Shown here: in pieces, positions 1-9,037 of the stretch
How the letters are laid out: every line of letters begins with the position of its first letter
How positions within the stretch are numbered: the stretch's first letter is position 1
Assembly: GCA_016928305.1 (NCBI GenBank)
Contig: JAFGKY010000004.1
Span: 52 to 64,051, forward strand
Source of the DNA: Bacteroidales bacterium
GTDB taxonomy: Bacteria > Bacteroidota > Bacteroidia > Bacteroidales > UBA10428
Direction of reading: 5' to 3'
DNA length: 64,000 bases
Made by a program: the position numbers and the translations under genes
Notes under the pieces: model-generated
Database searches by the model: none
What the model was told of the DNA's origin: nothing
Seen by the model: the letters and a program-made list of their open reading frames with translations, nothing else

Positions 1-143
1 TGCTCGCGGGCATACCACTTCACCAGGTCGAGCGTGGCAGCCAGGGCCGTGTTAAAACGGGCGCTTTCAATGGGAAGAAAGAAGGCAAATACAAAAACGA
101 CGATGATCCAAAGGAGGATTTTTATTTCTTTTTTAGTTTCCAT
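1..143 (-). CDS. ArsP/DUF318-family permease, N-terminal part (runs off the window)
   Basis: Manual translation from the ATG at 143 gives METKKEIKILLWIIVVFVFAFFLPIESARFNTALAATLDLVKWYARE; hydrophobic and in ars-cluster context. Confidence 0.7.
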   Translation of the reverse strand, partial: METKKEIKILLWIIVVFVFAFFLPIESARFNTALAATLDLVKWYARE

Positions 144-203
144 TCTTAATAATTTGAATATTTAAAGATTAAGCCTACTCCGAAAAGTTTGAAATAATCC
201 ACT

Positions 204-219
204 CCGGCGCATGCGCCGG
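204..219. repeat. Perfect 16-bp palindrome CCGGCGCATGCGCCGG (hairpin or REP-like)
   Basis: GC-rich palindrome in an AT-rich intergenic region. Confidence 0.55.
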
Positions 220-389
220 TTATGATTTTAACCACCAAAGCACTAAAACACGAAAGAATATGCTGCATGTGCGATTGTTGATCACTATTTTGCATTTATT
301 TGTGCTTTTGTGTTTTAGTGGCAAAAACATATTTACAATTTTTTGTAGTGGACTAAGATTTGAAAATTGTGAGATCTTAAAAATTGTTA

Positions 390-406
390 TTCGTAAAAAG
401 ACGAAC
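390..406. promoter_or_regulatory. Putative ArsR operator TTCGTA-N6-CGAAC, copy 1
   Basis: TTCGTAAAAAGACGAAC; same motif at 2274 and 2616. Confidence 0.6.
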
Positions 407-422
407 ATTTATGTTAAAAAAA

Positions 423-1133
423 TTAAAACCAGGCCCTGAAAATATAATATATGCCTACTGCAATAAACAGCAGGGCTATGATACGGCGAAACCAGATTTC
501 GAAAGATTTTACTTTATTATAAACACCTCCGATACCTGATACGGTGTAGGCCAGTATCCATGCAAAAATGATTACGGGAATGCCGGTAGCTATCGCAAAT
601 ACAATGGGCAGATACAATCCCGATGCGCTGGCAACCGTCATGGGGACAAGCATGCCAAAATAAAGTACGCCGCTGTATGGGCAAAAGGCAAGGGCAAATA
701 CCAGTCCGAGCAACACCGCATCAAAATATCCCCACCGGTCTTTTTGCTGCATCCTGGAGGTAAGTCCGCTCATACCCGGGAATTTTATTTTAATGATATC
801 GAGCATGAACAAACCGATGATGATCAACAAAGGACCCAGAATTTTTTCCCCATAGCGTTGAAAAACACCTGAAAATTTGAATTGGTCAACGCCCAGGTAT
901 ATAATAAGCGCAATGGCGGTATAAGTAAAAGCCCTTCCCAGCGTATATAGCAGTCCGTTGATAAAAACACGGTTACGGTTTTCCAGGTCCTTGCTGATAA
1001 ATCCGATGGCAGTGATATTTGTTGCAAGGGGACAGGGACTGATGGCGGTCATGAAACCCAGCACCATGGCCGATAACCACGGCATGGTGCTGTTCTCCAG
1101 GATGTTATTTAAAACTTCGACCAAGGAATTCAT
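423..1133 (-). CDS. ArsG-like / DsbD-CcdA-type membrane protein
   Basis: Multi-TM protein with AISPCPLATN and ALAFCPYSG cysteine motifs; next to ArsF-like, thioredoxin and ArsR genes. Confidence 0.8.
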   Translation of the reverse strand: MNSLVEVLNNILENSTMPWLSAMVLGFMTAISPCPLATNITAIGFISKDLENRNRVFINGLLYTLGRAFTYTAIALIIYLGVDQFKFSGVFQRYGEKILGPLLIIIGLFMLDIIKIKFPGMSGLTSRMQQKDRWGYFDAVLLGLVFALAFCPYSGVLYFGMLVPMTVASASGLYLPIVFAIATGIPVIIFAWILAYTVSGIGGVYNKVKSFEIWFRRIIALLFIAVGIYYIFRAWF

Positions 1134-1150
1134 TCATTTGAAGATGAGAC

Positions 1151-1571
1151 AATTTGAAAATTTGAAAATGTTATTGTTTCTTAGATGAGCTTATAATTTT
1201 TGAAATTATCTTCATAATAATATTCAATTGGTCATGAAGTCCTTCATCATAAAAGTAATTTTTTGCTTCTTTGCATAAAAGGAACCAATAATCAGTTTCA
1301 TCTGCCTCTTTTGCAGCTATCTTCATCTTATGAATGAAGTCAGCTTTGCTTTCAGCATTCTGAGCTTCCCTTACACTAGAGCCAATGGAAGTTCCAGACC
1401 TTAGTATTTGTTTGGCAATGACATATTTGCGACTTTCTTCAAGTTTTTCAGTAAATTCAATTAATTTAACTGCAAACTGAATAGTCATTTCTACGATCTT
1501 GTTTCCTTTATCATTTCTCATAACCAAGAATATTTAATCTTCGCATTAACACATTTTCAAATTTTCAAATT
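1151..1571. repeat. 21-bp perfect inverted repeat made of 8-mer units, flanking the four-helix-bundle gene
   Basis: AATTTGAAAATTTGAAAATGT (1151-1171) is the reverse complement of ACATTTTCAAATTTTCAAATT (1551-1571). Confidence 0.85.
1171..1521 (-). CDS. Four-helix-bundle protein (23S rRNA IVP / TIGR02436-like)
   Basis: QILRSGTSIGSSVREAQNAESKADFIHKMKIAAKEADET signature; ATG at 1521 preferred over TTG at 1527. Confidence 0.88.
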   Translation of the reverse strand: MRNDKGNKIVEMTIQFAVKLIEFTEKLEESRKYVIAKQILRSGTSIGSSVREAQNAESKADFIHKMKIAAKEADETDYWFLLCKEAKNYFYDEGLHDQLNIIMKIISKIISSSKKQ

Positions 1572-1580
1572 ATCAAATTA

Positions 1581-1997
1581 TCACATTAACGAATCGATCT
1601 TCTCCTTCATGATGGCTTTAAACTTTTCGGGTTCACGTACGGCATACATAAATCCTTCGTTTGTTAGTATGATTTGTTTATCACCTTTTACAACGAGTAA
1701 GGTTTGACCATATACCTTTAATTTTTCAGCCAGCGCTTTACCTGATTCTTCGTCCAGATTTACAGACTGAAAACTGATCTTTCCCTGTTTCACCTGCTCC
1801 GTATACAGGGTTTCAATATTCAGCTTTGCCTGTGCTTCAACCGTTTTGCAGGTCATGCAACGGGCAGTAAAATGAAAATAATACGCCTCCACTTTATCGG
1901 CTGAACCGGTTTTTATATCTTTTTTCTCTGTTTGTGCGCTGCAGGCAATTACCGGTATAAACACGGCAAGAGCCAGCATGATTCTGATGGTTCTCAT
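1581..1997 (-). CDS. ArsF-like exported thioredoxin-fold protein
   Basis: Signal peptide followed by YYFHFTARCMTC (CxxC). Confidence 0.78.
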   Translation of the reverse strand: MRTIRIMLALAVFIPVIACSAQTEKKDIKTGSADKVEAYYFHFTARCMTCKTVEAQAKLNIETLYTEQVKQGKISFQSVNLDEESGKALAEKLKVYGQTLLVVKGDKQIILTNEGFMYAVREPEKFKAIMKEKIDSLM

Positions 1998-2009
1998 ATT
2001 TATTTTTAT

Positions 2010-2249
2010 TTATTGATGTTTAGTAATGATCTCTTTTATTTCTGATACAGACGGTACGCGGCCGCTAAGGGCAACTTTCTCATTGATAACCAATCCGGGC
2101 GTGTGGAGAATACCGTAACCCATAATCTTCATAATATCTTCTTCTTTTTCAATGTATGCGTCAATGCCGAGTTCAGCCACGGCATCCCTTGCCGTTTTTT
2201 CAAGCGCCTTGCATCTCGGACAACCTGTTCCTAAGATTTTTATGTTCAT
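2010..2249 (-). CDS. Small redox-active disulfide protein (MTH895/thioredoxin-like)
   Basis: IKILGTGCPRC and TPGLVINEKV motifs, 79 aa. Confidence 0.88.
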   Translation of the reverse strand: MNIKILGTGCPRCKALEKTARDAVAELGIDAYIEKEEDIMKIMGYGILHTPGLVINEKVALSGRVPSVSEIKEIITKHQ

Positions 2250-2273
2250 AAACGTAAATTTTTATGTTCGTGT

Positions 2274-2290
2274 TTCGTAAAATAACGAAC
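2274..2290. promoter_or_regulatory. Putative ArsR operator, copy 2
   Basis: TTCGTAAAATAACGAAC upstream of the thioredoxin gene. Confidence 0.6.
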
Positions 2291-2308
2291 GAAAATAGTA
2301 AAAAAATG

Positions 2309-2602
2309 TTACAAATCGAAACTGTTTTTAAAAAGTTTTTTTGCTTCCTTCCAGTTTTCTTTGTTGAGGCAATACCTGATCTTTGGTGCTTCAATTTCAC
2401 CCTGTATTAATCCGGCTTCTTTCAATTCTTTCAGGTGCTGTGAAAGGGTTGATTTGGCAATGGGAAGATCTTCAGTCAGGTCACCGCTGTAACAACAGCT
2501 TTGCCTGGAAAGCAACTCCAGCACGTAAATCCGGATAGGATGCCCCATGGCCTTGGCATAGCGGGCAATTTTCTTCTGTCTTCCGGTTATTGTTTCTTTC
2601 AT
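2309..2602 (-). CDS. arsR: ArsR/SmtB-family transcriptional repressor
   Basis: KAMGHPIR, SCCYSGDL, STLSQHLKELKEAGLI winged-HTH motifs. Confidence 0.88.
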   Translation of the reverse strand: MKETITGRQKKIARYAKAMGHPIRIYVLELLSRQSCCYSGDLTEDLPIAKSTLSQHLKELKEAGLIQGEIEAPKIRYCLNKENWKEAKKLFKNSFDL

Positions 2603-2615
2603 GGATAAGCTTATG

Positions 2616-2639
2616 TTCGTATAATATCGAACAAATTTA
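2616..2639 (-). promoter_or_regulatory. ArsR operator copy 3 abutting a Bacteroidota -7 promoter box
   Basis: TTCGTATAATATCGAAC (2616-2632) and TAAATTTG on the minus strand (2632-2639). Confidence 0.65.
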
Positions 2640-2676
2640 CAATTTTAATTTGTAACATTCAAGCCTCTTTAAGGCA

Positions 2677-4029
2677 TTAGCGGTTTGTTTCATTCCATAC
2701 TGTAATCTTTTCGTTGAATTTTATGCTATATAATTCAAGCTCATTCAGCACGGGTTCATAAATCTCTTTATGAGTAGGAATTTGGACACCGGTTAATTGG
2801 ATCTGTCCGGTCAGTAACATTTTAACGGCTATGGCCAGCGGCAGTCCTACGGTTTTTGCCATGGCCGTGTTAACTGTATCATCACCGATGGAAACCATCG
2901 AAGAAGTCAGCAGGGTAGGCTTTTTCTTGTTGGATTCCTGGTATATAAACTTATGCCACATGACCAGCATATCTTTATCTTCTGGTTCCAGCACCCATTT
3001 TTTACAGATAATCTGTTCAAGTACTTGTGCCGGAGTTGCGTCTTTCAATCCGATAACCGTATCATCAAATATGCCCAGCCATTCGATTTTTTCGCGTACA
3101 TCCGAATCCTGGTCAATATGCATGTATTGGTACAATTTTGTTTTAACCGGATCTTCAATACTGTAATACAGGAATGAGTTAATGAATTGCTTGTACGTCA
3201 TATCTTCCGTATTTCTCATCTTATAGCCGTCATCCGTGGCGCCCAGCTGAACGAACACATCCCAGGCACGGCAGTAACCCGGCCTTCGCAGAGTTCCGCG
3301 ATAAACAGTCGGAACATCCTGTAGATTGTACTTTTCAATATATTTCAGCGAATCACGGTTGGCATACCCTTCAAACTTTCCATATCCCTCTATATCAATT
3401 ACTTCGGTACGGCGAAACAGTCGGTTATAAGGAATATATTTGTATGTTCCTTCCTGGATGAAGCATGCAGGGCCCCCCTGACCGGCCAGCACAACATTTC
3501 GCGGATTCCAGGTGATCTTGTAATGCCAGGGATTGTTATCGGATTCCGGAGCGATCAGTCCGCCGGTAAAGGATTCAAAACAAAGTAATTTATGGCCCTG
3601 CTCACGGATACGGTTAATTACACGCATGGCTGACATGTGATCAATGCCCGGGTCAACACCCAGCTCATTCAGGAACAAAATACCCTGGGATTTGGCAAGA
3701 GTTGCCATTTCAGCTATTTCATTGGACTCATAAGATGCCGTAAGCATTGATTTTTTATACTTCAGGCATGCAAGTGCAACAATCGGATGAAACCTGGCCG
3801 GCAACATGGATACCACTACATCTGCAGCCTGAACTTCGTCGTGCAACTGCTGCTCGTTAAAAACATCAAAAGCAATCACCTTTGTTGATGGTGAGACTTT
3901 TTTACGTGCCGTTTCCAGGGTATGCGCACCAACCATAATTTCCCATCCGTATTTCTGAGCATTCTCTTCAAGATAGCTGATGAGTGTTGAAGAAGATCGT
4001 CCGACACCAAGGATAAGTATTTTTTTCAT
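2677..4029 (-). CDS. Saccharopine dehydrogenase (glutamate-forming, Lys9/SDH-like)
   Basis: ILILGVG Rossmann motif, ELGVDPGIDHMSAM, YKITWNP, RGTLR, AMAKTVGLP. Confidence 0.9.
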   Translation of the reverse strand: MKKILILGVGRSSSTLISYLEENAQKYGWEIMVGAHTLETARKKVSPSTKVIAFDVFNEQQLHDEVQAADVVVSMLPARFHPIVALACLKYKKSMLTASYESNEIAEMATLAKSQGILFLNELGVDPGIDHMSAMRVINRIREQGHKLLCFESFTGGLIAPESDNNPWHYKITWNPRNVVLAGQGGPACFIQEGTYKYIPYNRLFRRTEVIDIEGYGKFEGYANRDSLKYIEKYNLQDVPTVYRGTLRRPGYCRAWDVFVQLGATDDGYKMRNTEDMTYKQFINSFLYYSIEDPVKTKLYQYMHIDQDSDVREKIEWLGIFDDTVIGLKDATPAQVLEQIICKKWVLEPEDKDMLVMWHKFIYQESNKKKPTLLTSSMVSIGDDTVNTAMAKTVGLPLAIAVKMLLTGQIQLTGVQIPTHKEIYEPVLNELELYSIKFNEKITVWNETNR

Positions 4030-4138
4030 GCGAAATCAGTTATTATATTTCGAAAGGTAGAAATCGTAAGCCGGATGACCAAAGACTAAAATCAGTTTTC
4101 AAAAGTTGGTGATTGATAAAATTTTTTTTAATGATTTA

Positions 4139-5344
4139 TTACTCGTTTACCCATTCCTCCAGATATCTATATTTTTCTGTAAGTTTTCCTTCTTCTGCAA
4201 TGGTTGCCCGTGAAAGAATGTTCTCATGATCCCCATAAACCAATAGCGGGATTATGTGTTTCATGAGGTTGTTACCAAAATCCGTTGAGGCTTCAATGGG
4301 CAGACCGCATGGCAGATTATCGATAGCCATAACGGTAGTGTTCCCGGGGCGGCTGAAAGCGGATTCCGCTTTTCCTGTTAACGGATTGAAATCATAAAAC
4401 GGATCACTGAATGTGGTCGTCCTGATGGTGGAGGGCACGGATCCGTTCAGGTCACAGGTTATGTCAGCTATTGTTTTTATGTTGAAATTCCTGTCTTTCA
4501 TCTGGCTGAGCGAGAACAAAACCGGTGCTTCGGGATCCCAGTATGCCGCCATAATTAACATATCCGTTTTGTCACAAAATTGTCCAAAATGACTTTCATA
4601 CTGGGAGGGAAAAATGAAAAAATGATTCAGGTCAAAGGATTTTCCTGATTTATGCCGGTTGTATTTATCGGGACTGAGTTGAACATATACCGGCTTGTCA
4701 GGCTTAAGGTTACGGAGGTATTCCCCCACACCTGTTTTTTTTACACCAAAAGCCGTTAACATCTCTTCCGATCCGCCGGCTACCCTGCCGTCACCCGTCA
4801 GGGTAATCTTCACCGGAGGCAGTATGCAGGAGGCAGCTTGTTTCATCATATTCTCCAGTGTATGACACTCCTGTGGTGGTATCAATTCAGGCAATCCGTA
4901 CCGTTTACACAAAGCCCTGATACCGTTGTAGGCACCTACAAGTCCCGCCCACCGTCCGAATCCGATAATGCGCAGCCCACTATTGTCGATTAAGGTTTCG
5001 TAGTCCACCATCCGGATATGTTTGTCTAATATTGCTTTCAGCAAAGCCTTATTGTACTGTTGCTTTTTAATAGTGTGTGAAAAAAACAGATAGGTCTTGC
5101 CATACAAGAGATACTGTGGTTGAACTTCCTTTACACCCAGCAGTACATCACATTCATCGAGATCTTCTTTTACCCTAATCCCTTCCTGCTCATATTCCGT
5201 GTCACGAAAACATCGTACAACGCTGGGTTGCACAAATACGTGCACGTCTGGATACAGATCCTCCAGTTGCCTGCATTGTTTCGGCGTTAAGGGTACACGG
5301 TTATCCGCCGGTGTTTTGGTCTCTCTTAAAATACCAATAATCAT
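4139..5344 (-). CDS. Lysine-ketoglutarate reductase / saccharopine dehydrogenase (AlaDh/PNT fold, LKR-like)
   Basis: RVPLTP, LGVKEV, FFSHTIKKQ, DYE, FGRWAG, ADITCD, IDNLP motifs of the LKR domain. Confidence 0.82.
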   Translation of the reverse strand: MIIGILRETKTPADNRVPLTPKQCRQLEDLYPDVHVFVQPSVVRCFRDTEYEQEGIRVKEDLDECDVLLGVKEVQPQYLLYGKTYLFFSHTIKKQQYNKALLKAILDKHIRMVDYETLIDNSGLRIIGFGRWAGLVGAYNGIRALCKRYGLPELIPPQECHTLENMMKQAASCILPPVKITLTGDGRVAGGSEEMLTAFGVKKTGVGEYLRNLKPDKPVYVQLSPDKYNRHKSGKSFDLNHFFIFPSQYESHFGQFCDKTDMLIMAAYWDPEAPVLFSLSQMKDRNFNIKTIADITCDLNGSVPSTIRTTTFSDPFYDFNPLTGKAESAFSRPGNTTVMAIDNLPCGLPIEASTDFGNNLMKHIIPLLVYGDHENILSRATIAEEGKLTEKYRYLEEWVNE

Positions 5345-5359
5345 TGAAAACTATTTTAC

Positions 5360-5398
5360 ACAATCACGACAATCACAACAATCACAACAATCACAACA
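5360..5398. repeat. 9-bp tandem repeat (ACAATCACR)x4
   Basis: acaatcacg acaatcaca acaatcaca acaatcaca aca, just upstream of the LKR start. Confidence 0.9.
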
Positions 5399-5414
5399 TC
5401 CTTAACTTCACTCT

Positions 5415-6962
5415 TTACACTTCAAACTCAATCCCCTGCGCCAATGGCAATTCCGTACTGAAATTTATGGTGTTTGTCTGCCTGCGCATGTATGCTTTCC
5501 AGGCGTCGGAACCCGACTCACGTCCTCCGCCGGTATCTTTTTCACCACCGAAGGCGCCACCGATTTCAGCTCCGGAAGTTCCGATATTCACATTGGCGAT
5601 ACCACAATCGGATCCGGCATGTGAAAGAAATCGTTCGGTTTCCTGCACGTTATCTGAAAATATAGCGGATGAAAGTCCTTGCGGAACAGCATTATGTAAC
5701 TGTATAGCTTCATCCAGGTTCCGGTACCGGACCAGATAGAGCAGGGGAGCAAATGTTTCTTCCCGGACAATGGCATAATGATTCTCGACTTCGGCAATAC
5801 AGGGTACAACATAATATCCTGAAGCACATCCGGTAGGTTCATAGGATGTTCCGCCAAAGACAATTTTGCCCCCGGCTTTTCGGACCTCTTCAATGGCTTT
5901 GAAAAAATTCTCCGCCGCTTGTTTATCAATAAGCGGGCCTATATGTGTCGAAGGATCCAAAGGATTCCCGATTTTCAGGCTTGAATAGGTTTTCACCAGC
6001 AGGTTTTTGAATTCGTCAAATAACGATTCATGGATGATGATCCGTCTCGTTGTCGTGCAACGTTGCCCTGCTGTTCCAACGGCACCGAAAACGGTGGCAC
6101 GCAATGCAAGGTCTATGTTGGCATGGGGTGTTATGATGATGGCATTGTTGCCTCCGAGTTCCAGGATGGTTTTACCCAGTCGTTCTCCCACAAGCCTTCC
6201 GGCATGTTTACCGGTTTTGGTTGATCCGGTGAAAGAAATCAGGGGAATGTTTCTGTCGCTGAACAATTCATCTCCCAGGTATTTTGAGCTGGTAGCCAGC
6301 AGGTTGAGCACACCCTCGGGAACATTATTGTCGTGCAATACCCTGGAAATAATTTTATGAACTGCAACGGCACAAAGCAGTACCCTGGATGAGGGCTTCC
6401 ATAACACCACATCGCCACATACCATAGCTATCATGGCATTCCATGACCATACCGCTACCGGAAAATTAAAGGACGTAACTACTCCTACGATCCCTAACGG
6501 ATGATACTGTTCATACATGCGATGACCAGGACGTTCGGAATGCATGGTCAGCCCATAGAGCTGCCGTGAAAGCCCTACCGCAAAATCACATATATCGATC
6601 ATCTCCTGCACTTCCCCCAGTCCTTCCTGGTAAATCTTGCCCATTTCATACGTTACAAGTTTACCAAGAGGTTGCTTATACCTGCGTAGTTCCATCCCTA
6701 TCTGTCGTACAATCTCACCACGGCGTGGTGCGGGTATCATCCTCCATTTCTTAAAGGCTTCACCGGCTTTTGAAACCAGCAGGTTATAATCGGTATGGGT
6801 TCCTTGTTTTACTCCGGCGATCGGTTTACCGTCAACCGGCGATACTGAAACAAGCGTGTCGCCGGCCGTCTTAATCCATTCCGTGCCTGTGCATGCCCCT
6901 TCATTCATTTGCTGTATACCAAGCTGGTTAAGCGCTTCCTGAATGTCGTATTCGTTATTCAT
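5415..6962 (-). CDS. Alpha-aminoadipate semialdehyde dehydrogenase (ALDH7/antiquitin/AmaB-like)
   Basis: PAPRRGEIVRQIG, GEVQEMIDICDFAVGLSRQL, LELGGNNA, GTAGQRCTT, GRESGSDAWKAYMRR. Confidence 0.92.
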   Translation of the reverse strand: MNNEYDIQEALNQLGIQQMNEGACTGTEWIKTAGDTLVSVSPVDGKPIAGVKQGTHTDYNLLVSKAGEAFKKWRMIPAPRRGEIVRQIGMELRRYKQPLGKLVTYEMGKIYQEGLGEVQEMIDICDFAVGLSRQLYGLTMHSERPGHRMYEQYHPLGIVGVVTSFNFPVAVWSWNAMIAMVCGDVVLWKPSSRVLLCAVAVHKIISRVLHDNNVPEGVLNLLATSSKYLGDELFSDRNIPLISFTGSTKTGKHAGRLVGERLGKTILELGGNNAIIITPHANIDLALRATVFGAVGTAGQRCTTTRRIIIHESLFDEFKNLLVKTYSSLKIGNPLDPSTHIGPLIDKQAAENFFKAIEEVRKAGGKIVFGGTSYEPTGCASGYYVVPCIAEVENHYAIVREETFAPLLYLVRYRNLDEAIQLHNAVPQGLSSAIFSDNVQETERFLSHAGSDCGIANVNIGTSGAEIGGAFGGEKDTGGGRESGSDAWKAYMRRQTNTINFSTELPLAQGIEFEV

Positions 6963-7051
6963 AATTTACGGATTTATTTATACATTGAATTGTATATATC
7001 AATTCTATTATATTAATACCAGCACCTAACACTACCTAATACGGTTTACCA

Positions 7052-7091
7052 TTCACTTTTCATTTTTCACTGTTCACTGTTCACTGTTCAC
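7052..7091. repeat. Heptamer tandem repeat (TTCACTG/TTCACTT) overlapping the aconitase stop codon
   Basis: ttcacttttcatttttcactgttcactgttcactgttcac. Confidence 0.8.
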
Positions 7092-8859
7092 CGTTAATCC
7101 ACTTTACCAGACCTCCCTGCTCAAGGATCTGCATCAGTTTGTCAGGTAATGGACTGAAATGAAATTTCTTGTTCCCGATAGCGATGATACCGTCTGTCAT
7201 ATCTATCAAAACAGGATCACCGTTTGTGTATGCCTCAACGGCATCAGGAATAACCAATATGGGTAACCCCTGGTTAATGGCCGAACGGAAGAATATGCGG
7301 GATACCGATTTTACGAGGACAGCCCTTATACCGGCGTATACCAGACCGACTGCAGGATGTTCACGTGAACTGCCACAGCCGAAATTCTCACCGCATATCA
7401 TGATATCTCCTTTCCGGACACAGGATGAAAACTTTTCATCAAAGCCTTTCAGCAGGTGTGGTGCAATTTTTTCGGGCTGAGAGCTGCTAATCTCATAAGT
7501 CAGATTCCCGGCAAACATCTGATCAGTATTGAGGTTATCAGCATCTTTGTAGTTCCAAACTCCGTTTGTATAACGGTTTTCAGAGGCACTGACAGTTATG
7601 GTTGCCGATTGCCTTATATGATAAGGGAAAACCGATTTTTCAGCAGAAGCTGCCGGTGATGTTATTTCACCATGAATTGCAGATAATGCCACTGTAGCCG
7701 GTGATGCCAGGTATATGGACGATTTGGTATTGCCCATTCGTCCAAGAAAATTCCGGTTGGCTGTAGAAATGATATTGATACCGTCGGGGGGGATTCCCTG
7801 GCCTGTTCCCAGGCAAGGTCCACAGGAAGGTGTGAGAATATTGGCCCCTGCCAACAGGAATATTTCTGCAAGACCTTCTTTCACGGCTTGAAGGTATATC
7901 TCACGTGAAGCGGGAGTTATCAGGAGCTGTAAACCTTCTGCTACCTTCTTATCTTTCAGTATGGCAGCGGCAATTCTGAGGTCTTCGAGACGACCGTTGG
8001 TACATGTGCCGATGAGGGCCTGACTGATCTTTGTCCCTGCCACCTCATCAACACTTTTAACATTATCGACGTGGTGAGGACATGAGACCAGGGGAAACAA
8101 CAGGTCAAGATCAATTTCATATTCTTTATGATAACAGGCACCCGAATCAGCCCATACGCCTGTCGTCCTCTTTCCGAGGAATGCATGCAATGGCTCATCA
8201 GCTGGGAAGACGGCATTCTTGGCCCCCATTTCCGAAGAAAGATTGGCGATGGTCATACGGTCGGCAAGAGAGAGTGTTTTGACTCCTTCCCCGTGAAATT
8301 CAACCGACATATAATCGGCTCCGCTGGAACCGATCATACCGATGATATACAAGGCAAGGTCTTTGGCATAAACGTATTCAGGCAACCTGCCGTGCAGGGT
8401 GATTTTTATCGAATCAGGCACCCTGAACCATGTCTCCCCCTGTTTCCATAAACCAGCAGTCTCGGTCCGGTCTATTCCTGCAGCAAATGCATTAAAAGCA
8501 CCTGCAGTGCATGTGTGGCTGTCACTTCCAACTATGACCATGCCGGGGCGTGCATATTTTCCCATTAGTTGATGGCATATACCGTCTCCGGCGTCATGAA
8601 ACTTATTGATTCCCTGATTCCTGACAAAATTACGGATCTGCTGGTAATCGTTGGCCAGCTTGCTGCTGGTTGGAGGAGCATTATGATCAAGCACGATGAG
8701 CAAACGCTGAGGATCATATACCTTTATACCTCCCATTTTTTTAAAGGTACTTTCTATACTGGCTGTATTATCATGGCTTAGAACTATATCCGGCTTATGG
8801 AAGACAACGCTCCCGGCCTGTGCCCCAAATATTTTCTCTGTAAAGGTTTGTTTCGGCAT
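7081..8859 (-). CDS. Homoaconitase-like hydratase, large and small subunits fused (LeuC-LeuD/Lys4-like)
   Basis: SHDN, DH, GICHQ, DSHT, GTCTNGR, CGPCLG, NRNF and C-terminal NFGCGSSRE. Confidence 0.85.
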   Translation of the reverse strand: MPKQTFTEKIFGAQAGSVVFHKPDIVLSHDNTASIESTFKKMGGIKVYDPQRLLIVLDHNAPPTSSKLANDYQQIRNFVRNQGINKFHDAGDGICHQLMGKYARPGMVIVGSDSHTCTAGAFNAFAAGIDRTETAGLWKQGETWFRVPDSIKITLHGRLPEYVYAKDLALYIIGMIGSSGADYMSVEFHGEGVKTLSLADRMTIANLSSEMGAKNAVFPADEPLHAFLGKRTTGVWADSGACYHKEYEIDLDLLFPLVSCPHHVDNVKSVDEVAGTKISQALIGTCTNGRLEDLRIAAAILKDKKVAEGLQLLITPASREIYLQAVKEGLAEIFLLAGANILTPSCGPCLGTGQGIPPDGINIISTANRNFLGRMGNTKSSIYLASPATVALSAIHGEITSPAASAEKSVFPYHIRQSATITVSASENRYTNGVWNYKDADNLNTDQMFAGNLTYEISSSQPEKIAPHLLKGFDEKFSSCVRKGDIMICGENFGCGSSREHPAVGLVYAGIRAVLVKSVSRIFFRSAINQGLPILVIPDAVEAYTNGDPVLIDMTDGIIAIGNKKFHFSPLPDKLMQILEQGGLVKWINGEQ

Positions 8860-8960
8860 ATGCTTATCCTTGTTTGTATGATTTCAGGCATTGGAACTTA
8901 GAATCAGGAACCAAGAACCAAGAAAAAAGAACAAAGACGGTTTAAATGTTGACAGTATAC

Positions 8961-9010
8961 CGTGAACTGTTAACTGTGAACCGTGAACCGTGAACTGTTA
9001 ACCGTTAACT
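8961..9010. repeat. Heptamer tandem repeat (YGTKAAC)x7
   Basis: cgtgaac tgttaac tgtgaac cgtgaac cgtgaac tgttaac cgttaac. Confidence 0.85.
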
Positions 9011-9037
9011 ATTCAATGCTTGTCATCCTGCTAAAAT

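Noticed and set aside
1171-1521. Diversity-generating retroelement (Avd-like gene)
   Set aside because: No reverse transcriptase or template/variable repeat pair was seen in the window.
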